Source: Polyangiales bacterium
GTDB lineage: Bacteria; Myxococcota_A; Polyangia; Polyangiales; Houyiibacteriaceae
NCBI GenBank assembly: GCA_045106895.1
Contig: JBGCFM010000034.1
Location: 1-23,767 of the forward strand
DNA length: 23,767 nt
Reading direction: 5' to 3'
Shown here piece after piece: positions 1-7,321 of this stretch; the first letter of the stretch is position 1; every line of letters starts with the position of its first letter. The translations under genes were made by a program, and so were the position numbers. The notes below the pieces were generated by a model, which did no database searches, was not told the origin of the DNA, and saw nothing but the letters and a program-made list of their open reading frames with translations.

Positions 1-546
1 ATCGGCTTCGACCGCCGACCCGTCACCGAAGGCAACAACCCCATCCGCGACCGTATCGATAACCTGCCCTCTCTCGCCCGGAACGAGCTCATCGTCGAGC
101 ACTGCTACCCCTCGGATGCGGAGCTGCTCATGAGCTGGGGAACGCAGATTCGAGAGCGCGCGAACGAGCTCAAGTGCACGCTGGTCTTTCCCTCGCACTA
201 CGACACGGCGGTCCTCGGCATGGAGTGCGACCGCTTTTTCCCTGAGCTGATGGAAGCCGGCGCCGACGTCTTTGGTTACGACAAAGCCATCATGCACTCG
301 AAGATCGCCGTTGCCGACGAGTTCTACGTCGCAGCAGGGTCCTTCAATCTCACGATTCACTCGGCGCGCATGGCACTTGAATATGAGATTTTCGTGCAGG
401 ATCGCGACTTCGGCGCCCAGGTCAAAGAGCGAATCGAGGGCGATCTGGAGGAAAGCTCCCGCGCCGCCCCGACTTCCATGGACCGCTTTCGTTCGCGCCG
501 GTCTATCCCCGTCATCGATGCGCTTCTGCGCTTCTTGTTCTTCTAG
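1..546 (+). CDS. Phospholipase D superfamily protein (cardiolipin synthase-like), C-terminal part; 5' end lies outside the window
   Basis: Frame is open from base 1 (IGFDRRPVTEGNNP...) through the 130..546 ORF. It contains an HKD motif HSKIAVAD followed by GSFNL...S...EY, typical of the second PLD domain. Confidence 0.8.
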   Translation: MGFDRRPVTEGNNPIRDRIDNLPSLARNELIVEHCYPSDAELLMSWGTQIRERANELKCTLVFPSHYDTAVLGMECDRFFPELMEAGADVFGYDKAIMHSKIAVADEFYVAAGSFNLTIHSARMALEYEIFVQDRDFGAQVKERIEGDLEESSRAAPTSMDRFRSRRSIPVIDALLRFLFF

Positions 547-568
547 CCCGCGAAGGGGGAAGTGACGC

Positions 569-574
569 TATGCT
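569..574 (+). promoter_or_regulatory. Putative -10 element (TATGCT), leaderless promoter
   Basis: TATGCT lies 6 nt before the GTG at 581. The same geometry recurs at several other genes in the window. Confidence 0.45.
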
Positions 575-580
575 TCGCCG

Positions 581-1831
581 GTGGGCAGCGGCGAACACTG
601 GCGAGGCGAAGACGAGGCGCTCTACCAACGTCTACGCGACGGCGAGCGAAGCGCGCTCTTGCTCCAGGTTCTCCACGGCGGTCCGGCGGAAAGCAGTGAG
701 CGCGCCCAAGGGCTGACGGCGCTCCTCCGCGAAGACTCCATCGGTGAGGAGGCGTTCACCCGCGCCGCCGCTGGCGACACCAAGGCCCTCCGCTCCCTGG
801 TCTTTTGCTCGACGTACGGCGGGAAGCGAGCCGGACTCGTGCATCACCTCGCGCTCCTCCACGGAAAAGCCGCCGCTGTGCAAACCGGAGAACAAGCCGT
901 CACGCATGTTCTTCACGCACTGGGCGCCTGGGGCGCTCTGCGGAGTCACGCGGAGTACCTGCCCCGCCTCGCCAAAGAGGTGGCGCCGGAGCTCAGTGAA
1001 GCCGCGCGCCAAGAAGCGATCCGAGCGGCGGTACTCGCCCCCTTTGAGCGCTTTCGCGAGGCCGCTCTCTCCGACGCCGCCGAGCGCGGGCACAACGCGC
1101 ACGCGGGTCTTCGCCTTCACGCCCGTCGCAACGAACTGCCGGCGCTCGTCGGAGGCGAAGCGCAAGACCTAGAGCTCGAGCTGCGAAGTCTGGGCGGCGA
1201 GATCACCGACGCCGCCATGGAACCCATCGAGCGTGCCCTCGACGACGCCGCAACAGGGCAGATGGGAACGTTGCAGGTCGACCTCTTGGCGAAGCTCGCG
1301 AGCCTCGGAAGCTGGGCAGGAGGTAGCCGCGAAGTCGACCACCGCTTTCTTGAGCGCGCGATGCCCATCGCATGGACGCTCTACAAAGGGAGCGACAAAT
1401 CTCTCGTGGCTCGCTTCGTGGCAACCACGAAAGAGTGCGTCGACCGCTGCGCGACGCGCGTGCTCACAGATCCTTCCGAGCTCGCCCAAGCTTCCCGCGT
1501 GGCACAGATGCTGGTGTTTCGCGCCGAGAGCGTTCGCAGCCTCAGTGAACAAGTCATCGCCATCGAGAAGGCGCTCCAGGTTTGCCCAACGCATCGAAAC
1601 GGGCGGCTGGTGGGCGCGGACATCTTCGCTTTTCGCGGGCTTGAGCGTCTTCGGGGCGCCGGGCCACTCAGCGGGAGCTCGCCGGCTGACGCGGCTTTCG
1701 AAGACGCCAAACGTGCGCGAGCGCTCTGGCCGCGTTGCAAACGCCTCACGCGCCTCACGGACGAGCTGGCGCGGGTGGGGCGTTTCCTGCCCTCGGACGT
1801 TGTCACCGAAGGCGACGAGGAGAGCCCATGA
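581..1831 (+). CDS. Hypothetical alpha-helical protein with a C-terminal TPR-like segment; first gene of the Hsp70 cluster
   Basis: 416-aa Ala/Leu/Arg/Glu-rich ORF. The segment IEKALQVCPTHRNGRLVGA resembles a TPR end. Its stop overlaps the next start (ATGA, 1828-1831). Confidence 0.75.
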   Translation: MGSGEHWRGEDEALYQRLRDGERSALLLQVLHGGPAESSERAQGLTALLREDSIGEEAFTRAAAGDTKALRSLVFCSTYGGKRAGLVHHLALLHGKAAAVQTGEQAVTHVLHALGAWGALRSHAEYLPRLAKEVAPELSEAARQEAIRAAVLAPFERFREAALSDAAERGHNAHAGLRLHARRNELPALVGGEAQDLELELRSLGGEITDAAMEPIERALDDAATGQMGTLQVDLLAKLASLGSWAGGSREVDHRFLERAMPIAWTLYKGSDKSLVARFVATTKECVDRCATRVLTDPSELAQASRVAQMLVFRAESVRSLSEQVIAIEKALQVCPTHRNGRLVGADIFAFRGLERLRGAGPLSGSSPADAAFEDAKRARALWPRCKRLTRLTDELARVGRFLPSDVVTEGDEESP

Positions 1832-2283
1832 GCGATTCAGGCGACTCCAAATCCGCGGAGAACCCCTTCGAGCGTTTCGGTCTGGACCCGACCGAAGGCA
1901 TCGCGGGGATCACGGAACGCATGCGCGATCATATTCACGCCGCGTCTTCGGAGAAGGAGAAGGCGGAGATTCGTGATGCTTGGGTGGCGCTCACCCGAGA
2001 CCCGCGCCGACGCCTCGCTCTTTCCCTCGGTGCGCACCCGGAAACGCGTGCATCCCTTGGCGCGCCGCCGCCTGCGCCCAAGCATGAAGAGCTGACTCTC
2101 GAAGCGAACACGGTCTTACCCTTCGTTTCGATGGCGGCATGCTTCGGCGAAACGGGGACAGCTCTCGATACCGCCGCTGCATGGGATGAAGACCGAATCT
2201 TCGCACCCCGCCGCGCCCAGAGTCCGCGAACTCACACTCCCCGAACTCACAAGCCCCGTCCCGTGACGAAGAAAAAGGAATAG
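1828..2283 (+). CDS. Degenerate J-domain-like protein (151 aa) lacking the HPD motif
   Basis: ATG at 1828 with a GAGGAGAG RBS. NPFERFGLDP...EIRDAWVALTRDPRRR matches J-domain helix I (dPYevLGv) and helices III-IV (I..AY.vL.Dp.kR). No HPD is present. The gene is directly upstream of the Hsp70. Confidence 0.6.
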   Translation: MSDSGDSKSAENPFERFGLDPTEGIAGITERMRDHIHAASSEKEKAEIRDAWVALTRDPRRRLALSLGAHPETRASLGAPPPAPKHEELTLEANTVLPFVSMAACFGETGTALDTAAAWDEDRIFAPRRAQSPRTHTPRTHKPRPVTKKKE

Positions 2284-2292
2284 GCTACCCAC

Positions 2293-4830
2293 ATGTTCAT
2301 CGACCGGCCTGTTGGCATCGACCTCGGCACGACTAACTCGGAGATCGCGATCCTCGACCCGAGCGAGCGCGACCTTCACCTCTACGAAGACCGTTTTGGG
2401 CGGAAGACCGTTCCCTCTGCCCTCGCTTGGGACCCGAAGAAGGAGTGCTTCCTCGTGGGACGCCCTGCGCGAAACAGGCGGGGAAAGACGCCCCCGCCCG
2501 TCGAGTCCATCAAGCGGCGCATGGGGCGAAGCGTGAAAGTCGAGGTGGGTCCGCACTCGCTCTCGCCCGAAGAGGTGTCCGCGAAGATTCTCGAGGAGCT
2601 GCGCACAAAGATGCAAGGCCACCTCCAGGCGGGAGCGCCGGTTGGCTCCGAGGTTCGCGTAGATCGCGCCGTCATCACAGTGCCGGCTTACTTCGATGCG
2701 CCGCAGATGGAAGCGACGCATCGAGCAGGGTCCCTCGCCGGACTCGATGTCCTCGCCGTGCTTCAGGAACCCACCGCCGCCGCCATCTATCATGCATGGC
2801 AGCACCAGCTCAGCGACGGCAACTACCTCATCTATGACCTCGGCGGCGGCACCTTCGACGTGTCGATTCTTCGCTGCCTCGCCGGCGAGTACCAAGTCCT
2901 CGCCATCGACGGGGACAACTTCCTCGGCGGCGATGACTTCGATCGACGCTACGCGGAGGTGCTGAGGAAGCAGCTCATCGAAACGGGCTATCGCCTCGAC
3001 CTTGACGTCGCGGGTGACGCGGAAGACGCCGAGCGTTTTCAGCGGCTCGTTCACGTTGCCCAAGAGATCAAGGAGATGCTGAGCACCAAGGAAGTCGTCG
3101 CGATCTCAAAGTCGGACTTCGCCGAAGACCAAGATGGCGAGCTAATGAGCCTCGACCTTGAGGTGGGCCGCGAAGACTACGCCAATCACGTGTCGGACCT
3201 CGTGGCCACGACCATCGCTTGCTGTCAGCGGGCCCTCGAGGAGTCGCAGAAGACCGCGTCCGTCGGTGTCGCGGAGCTCGACCATGTCATCCTTGTGGGA
3301 GGTTCGACGCGGGTTCCTTCAGTCATCGAAGCGGTCCGCGTCACCCTCTGCGCCGAGAGTAAGTCAAAGGAGCCTCTGCAGGACGAAGTCGACACCTGCG
3401 TCGCGCTTGGCGCGGCGATTCACGCAGCCCAACTTGGTGGTCTGCGCCTCGGGTCTCCCGGCGCACCCGGGGTCTTGCTCCCTTCGCCCCTCGTGTCGTC
3501 GCGCGAAGAGCTTTCTCTCGACTTTGTCCTGGAGCCCCCCGACGCGGGCACAGGTGTCCGCCTCCGCGTCGGCGACACGTGGATCGACGCGACGTCTTCC
3601 GAAGGGAAGGGGAGGATCGCCGTTCCTATGCCCACCGAAGGCGACCATCCGGTGACGATGGAACTCACGCAGGGCGATACCACCGCGACCTACGATTTTG
3701 TTGTATGCCGCGGTGACGTGCGACAGCGCGCAAGCAACCTCTCCCAGCCTTCTGTGGTCGCCAAAGACGTCGCCCTCGACGTCATGCGTGCGGGGCGCCG
3801 GACGAGCAAGGTCCTGGTGCCGAAAGGACAAGGTCTTCCCGTGGACGCCAAGCACCGCTTCTTTACGGCGGACCAGAGCGGCGCCGTCGTTCTGCGCGTG
3901 CTCCAGGACCGCTTGCCCATCAAGACCTTGGTCGTCGAAGTGCCGAAGGAGCTCGAAGTGGGCACCCCCGTGGACCTCACGTTGTCTATCGATGAAGCGA
4001 TGCGCATCGAAGCCAAAGCCGAGGTAGGAGGGCAGGAGCTCTGGGCGCGCATCGAGAGCGCCGAGCTCGACACTCCACGCAGCGCCGCCGAAGTAGAAGC
4101 GCTCCTCGCTGAAGGGGAAGCCATCGGCGCAGGTCTCTGGGGTCACGAAGCGGAGAGCTTCCGCTACCACTTCGACACCCTCAAGTCAGGGCTTCGCGAA
4201 ACGCTGGGGACGGACCCGGACAAGGCAGCGCACCTCGCGGGTCGCCTGCGTCGCCTCCTCGACAACTTTCGCGTGCAGGGGGAGGCGCTGCAGCCGCCGA
4301 TGTTCCGTTTCGAACACACGCTCAACTCGCTCCGGCGAGATGCCTTCTCCAGCGGCGGAGAGATGCTCGGTCAGTCCATTGACGAGTGGGAAGTACGCAT
4401 CAACAATTTGGCCCAGCGTGGTGAAGACGCGTGGAATGCGGGCGACGCGCGCACGTGGCGACGCGTCTACAACGAAGCTCAGGCGTTGGCGGAGACCGCG
4501 AGCGAGAAGCAGTGGGCGGAGCGTTCGTCGAGCACACAAACCGATTGGGCCGCAAGGCTTGCGACTCGTCGGCGCACCTCGGAGCGTTTGCGCCAGGGGC
4601 TGGTGGAGCTGGTGCTCTCGTCTTCTCCTGAGGTTCGTATGCTTCAGGAGGCGGAGCAAAACAGGCTCCTCGTGGCACTGGACCAAGTCGATGCGAGCCT
4701 GAGCGTGAGCGAGGACATCTCGCGCGCGGATCTGCGCAAGGTCGTCGAGCAGAGCGAAGGTGAGCTCGCCCGCATCCGCGCTTCCTTTGAGCGCATCCCG
4801 GAACTAGGCATCGTCGCCGACCGAGGTTGA
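2293..4830 (+). CDS. Atypical Hsp70/DnaK-family protein (845 aa), not the housekeeping DnaK
   Basis: NBD motifs [51 protein letters not shown] and VALGAA are present. An SBD-beta-like region follows ([10 protein letters not shown]...FFTADQ...[17 protein letters not shown]), then a long helical C-terminus. Confidence 0.92.
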   Translation: MFIDRPVGIDLGTTNSEIAILDPSERDLHLYEDRFGRKTVPSALAWDPKKECFLVGRPARNRRGKTPPPVESIKRRMGRSVKVEVGPHSLSPEEVSAKILEELRTKMQGHLQAGAPVGSEVRVDRAVITVPAYFDAPQMEATHRAGSLAGLDVLAVLQEPTAAAIYHAWQHQLSDGNYLIYDLGGGTFDVSILRCLAGEYQVLAIDGDNFLGGDDFDRRYAEVLRKQLIETGYRLDLDVAGDAEDAERFQRLVHVAQEIKEMLSTKEVVAISKSDFAEDQDGELMSLDLEVGREDYANHVSDLVATTIACCQRALEESQKTASVGVAELDHVILVGGSTRVPSVIEAVRVTLCAESKSKEPLQDEVDTCVALGAAIHAAQLGGLRLGSPGAPGVLLPSPLVSSREELSLDFVLEPPDAGTGVRLRVGDTWIDATSSEGKGRIAVPMPTEGDHPVTMELTQGDTTATYDFVVCRGDVRQRASNLSQPSVVAKDVALDVMRAGRRTSKVLVPKGQGLPVDAKHRFFTADQSGAVVLRVLQDRLPIKTLVVEVPKELEVGTPVDLTLSIDEAMRIEAKAEVGGQELWARIESAELDTPRSAAEVEALLAEGEAIGAGLWGHEAESFRYHFDTLKSGLRETLGTDPDKAAHLAGRLRRLLDNFRVQGEALQPPMFRFEHTLNSLRRDAFSSGGEMLGQSIDEWEVRINNLAQRGEDAWNAGDARTWRRVYNEAQALAETASEKQWAERSSSTQTDWAARLATRRRTSERLRQGLVELVLSSSPEVRMLQEAEQNRLLVALDQVDASLSVSEDISRADLRKVVEQSEGELARIRASFERIPELGIVADRG

Positions 4831-4854
4831 TTCAATGCGGAGCCTAAGACCTCG

Positions 4855-6147
4855 ATGAGCTTTACCCTACGCGCGGCCCTCGGCTTTCGGAGCCGAATGG
4901 GGCCAAAGGCGGGGCTCGCCGTTCTTCGTCCCCTCGTCGATCAGCTCAAGGGCGAAGAGCGGGCCGAAGCGCTCCTCGGCGCACTCGAGTGCGCGCGCGA
5001 GTTGGATGATGCGGAGTCCTACGAAGCTCTCGTTGCCCAGTGGATGAGCGTGGACGTGACCACGATGTTCGCGCAGCTCTCGCGCGAGGTGGGCGCCGCG
5101 CGAATTCTCTCTCCGCGACTGGCGCTGGAGCTTGCACGGACCGAGTGTGTTCGCTGCCCTGAAGACGCGCGGGCGCACTACCTCTTGGCGCGCGTGAGTC
5201 CACCGGAATCACGCGAGGCGAGCTACGTGCAGGCGCTTCTCCTGGCTGCACGGCCGCCTGTCCGAGAGCTTGATGTGGCGCAGATCGCCGCTTCGATGAT
5301 CTCCGAGGGCCTGGACCCCGGCTCGAGTGTTGTCGCCTCACTCTCGTCGAAAGACGTCGACGCTCTGTCGGCGCGTTCGCAGATTGCCATTGCACGCTAT
5401 CGTCTCGCCCACGTTCGTGGGTACAAGCGCGTCGCGGCACTGGACGGACTCATCGACCACGTCGGGGATGGGCCCGTCTCAGCCCTCGCACTTAAAGTCG
5501 TCGCGGAGTTTGCCGACAGGCAGATGCCTACCCCGCTGGAATGGGACCGTCTGGGTACCGCCGCGCATGGAGCTGGCGCAGAGGCATATCGACGTTTCGC
5601 CATGTGGCGCGCGCTCCGCGAAAACAAAGAGAGCACGAGCCCGCTCGCACGAGAAGCGACGTTGGCGGTCTCGTCGACGACGCTTCGTGCAAAGAAGACA
5701 GAGGCAGGATCCGACGAGTGGGCCTGGCCGCCAGCGAAACGAGGGGCTGCCCAAAAGGCGTACGTGGCGATCCTGAAGTTGCGCCGCGGTGAGGATGTCG
5801 ACTTCGCCTCTTTTTTAGCGCATTCCGCGGGTGCGGGAGCACCGACCCTCGCGCTCTGCGCTCTTGGACTCTCCAAAGACGCCGGCGGCGCCGCGGAGCT
5901 AGCCGAAGCGCTCGCCCAAGGCGCGGCGGCGCGTCGTGGTTGGCTGCGTTTGGCCAAAGCCGCGGCGGCACGTGGGCTTCACTCCCTTGCATCGCGACTT
6001 CTCGAACGCGGACTTGCATGCGGTGAGCTCGGCGCCGAGAGAGCGCTTGGGGAAGACCTTCGGCGGCGAGCGTGGGCGTTGCGCGAAGGTGAAGAAGCCC
6101 TCGCGCTCTTGTCCCGAGCGCGCCGCCTGCTTCGTGGCGTCAGCTAA
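4855..6147 (+). CDS. Hypothetical alpha-helical (TPR-like) protein; last gene of the Hsp70 cluster
   Basis: 430-aa Ala/Leu/Arg-rich ORF starting 24 nt after the Hsp70 stop. Contains the TPR-like segment CPEDARAHYLLAR. Confidence 0.7.
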   Translation: MSFTLRAALGFRSRMGPKAGLAVLRPLVDQLKGEERAEALLGALECARELDDAESYEALVAQWMSVDVTTMFAQLSREVGAARILSPRLALELARTECVRCPEDARAHYLLARVSPPESREASYVQALLLAARPPVRELDVAQIAASMISEGLDPGSSVVASLSSKDVDALSARSQIAIARYRLAHVRGYKRVAALDGLIDHVGDGPVSALALKVVAEFADRQMPTPLEWDRLGTAAHGAGAEAYRRFAMWRALRENKESTSPLAREATLAVSSTTLRAKKTEAGSDEWAWPPAKRGAAQKAYVAILKLRRGEDVDFASFLAHSAGAGAPTLALCALGLSKDAGGAAELAEALAQGAAARRGWLRLAKAAAARGLHSLASRLLERGLACGELGAERALGEDLRRRAWALREGEEALALLSRARRLLRGVS

Positions 6148-6425
6148 GCGCCAGCCTTCGCCGCAGCTTCGGCACGTTTCGCGCGGGCGAGCTCCTGCTC
6201 CATTTTGCGAAGAGAGCGTTTGAGCTCACGCATCTCGCTCTTGGTGGCCAAGTTGAGCGAGTGGGCGATTTCCCCGACGCGCGAATCCACAGACTCTTGA
6301 ATGCGGCCGCGAAGTCGGAGGGCGCCCATCATGCCCTCCATCACGCGAGGGTCCTCCATCAGCTTCTTCACGCGCTCATCTTGAAGAAGTTGAACGCCCT
6401 TTTTCATCAGCATGTCCTTGAACAT
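6144..6425 (-). CDS. Small coiled-coil protein (93 aa), phasin/PHA-granule-associated- or UbiK-like
   Basis: Start taken at MFKDMLMKK (ATG 6425), preceded by TAGAAT. The segment SLNLATKSEMRELKRSLRKMEQEL resembles the L.l.t+.d...L...i..LE signature of phasin-like/UbiK-like proteins. Confidence 0.6.
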   Translation of the reverse strand: MFKDMLMKKGVQLLQDERVKKLMEDPRVMEGMMGALRLRGRIQESVDSRVGEIAHSLNLATKSEMRELKRSLRKMEQELARAKRAEAAAKAGA

Positions 6426-6432
6426 GGTCGCG

Positions 6433-6438
6433 ATTCTA
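6433..6438 (-). promoter_or_regulatory. Putative -10 element (TAGAAT), leaderless promoter
   Basis: On the minus strand, TAGAAT lies 7 nt before ATG 6425. No SD sequence is visible. Confidence 0.55.
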
Positions 6439-6542
6439 AGGCAGATCCTACGAATAGGCACGCGACACGCAGACGACGTGGCACGATGCGATCTTTTTTC
6501 CTGCGTCCGCGAGAGAATGTGGTGAATCCTTCGCGCGGCCCG

Positions 6543-6548
6543 TAGTCT
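6543..6548 (+). promoter_or_regulatory. Putative -10 element (TAGTCT), leaderless promoter
   Basis: TAGTCT lies 7 nt before ATG 6556. Confidence 0.45.
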
Positions 6549-6555
6549 TAGGGCT

Positions 6556-7212
6556 ATGCGTGTTCTCCTATTCCTCAGCGCCCTCCTCGCCGGAATGAGC
6601 TTCCTGGCGCCGGCGTCTGCTCAGACGGAACAAGAACGCGCGCGCGCGCTTTTTGAGGAAGGCGCCGCGGCGTACGAGGCCGGGGACTTTCAACTCGCCG
6701 CCACGAAGATGATCGAGGCATATCAACTGGTGGAGTCGCCGGACCTCGCGTTCAATATTGGCCGCACCTACGAGCGAATGAGCGAGTACGATCTCGCGAT
6801 TCGTTACTTTCGAACGTACCTTCGTTCGCGCGAAGTCGCGGCGGACGTTCGCGCGGACATCAGCGCGCGAATCGCTGCGCTTCGGGCGGCTAAGCGGCGC
6901 GGAAGGAATCGAGTCTTCACAGCGCCACCGGACAGTGACGCGTTGAGCCGCGAGGCCCGCACCTTTTATCTGCGTGGCGTCGCCATGTACGGCCGTGGTC
7001 ACTACGACGCTGCGATGCAAGCGTTCGGGACAGCGCTGGGCTTCCGCGAGCTTCCCGAGATCTACTACAATATGGCGGTTACAGCGGCGCGCCTCGACCG
7101 CAATGAAGAAGCCGTCGGATACTACCGAGAATACGTTCGCCTCGCTCCGAACGCCGCGGACCGTGGTGCTGTGGAACGAGAGATGGCACGTCTCCGCGCA
7201 AGCCGACGTTAA
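6556..7212 (+). CDS. Secreted tetratricopeptide-repeat protein with two tandem TPR modules
   Basis: Signal peptide MRVLLFLSALLAGMSFLAPASA/Q. Two similar modules follow: ARALFEEGAAAYEAGDF...LAFNIGRTYE...AIRYFRTYL and ARTFYLRGVAMYGRGHY...IYYNMAVTAA...AVGYYREYV. Confidence 0.88.
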   Translation: MRVLLFLSALLAGMSFLAPASAQTEQERARALFEEGAAAYEAGDFQLAATKMIEAYQLVESPDLAFNIGRTYERMSEYDLAIRYFRTYLRSREVAADVRADISARIAALRAAKRRGRNRVFTAPPDSDALSREARTFYLRGVAMYGRGHYDAAMQAFGTALGFRELPEIYYNMAVTAARLDRNEEAVGYYREYVRLAPNAADRGAVEREMARLRASRR

Positions 7213-7306
7213 CGCCGCAGAAGCCGGCTATTCACGTCGGCTGTCCGCGGCCCGCCAGCGCATTACGACGGGGGGCTGGTTCCGTCCGTCCGCCGAATCT
7301 CCGGCG

Positions 7307-7315
7307 TGCTAATCT
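7307..7315 (+). promoter_or_regulatory. Putative extended -10 element (TGcTAATCT), leaderless promoter
   Basis: TG-n-TAATCT lies 6 nt before ATG 7322. Confidence 0.55.
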
Positions 7316-7321
7316 CACGTG

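Noticed and set aside
553..716. SD-like AAGGGGG followed by ATG 570, opening a short ORF in a different frame from the 581 gene
   Set aside because: The ORF is under 50 codons and lies almost entirely within the 416-aa gene. The ATG is part of the TATGCT -10 box. There is no evidence for a frameshift.
2227..2256. 15-bp tandem duplication (CGAACTCACACTCCC / CGAACTCACAAGCCC)
   Set aside because: Only two copies, in a disordered C-terminal tail (PRTHTPRTHK). Likely neutral slippage.
2293..4830. Naming the Hsp70 dnaK or hscC
   Set aside because: It lacks the DnaK linker, the allosteric residues and grpE/dnaJ context. Orthology cannot be assigned without a phylogeny.
7215..7252. Imperfect inverted repeat after the TPR gene (possible terminator)
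   Set aside because: The stem is interrupted and there is no U-tract. Such pairing is common by chance in GC-rich DNA.
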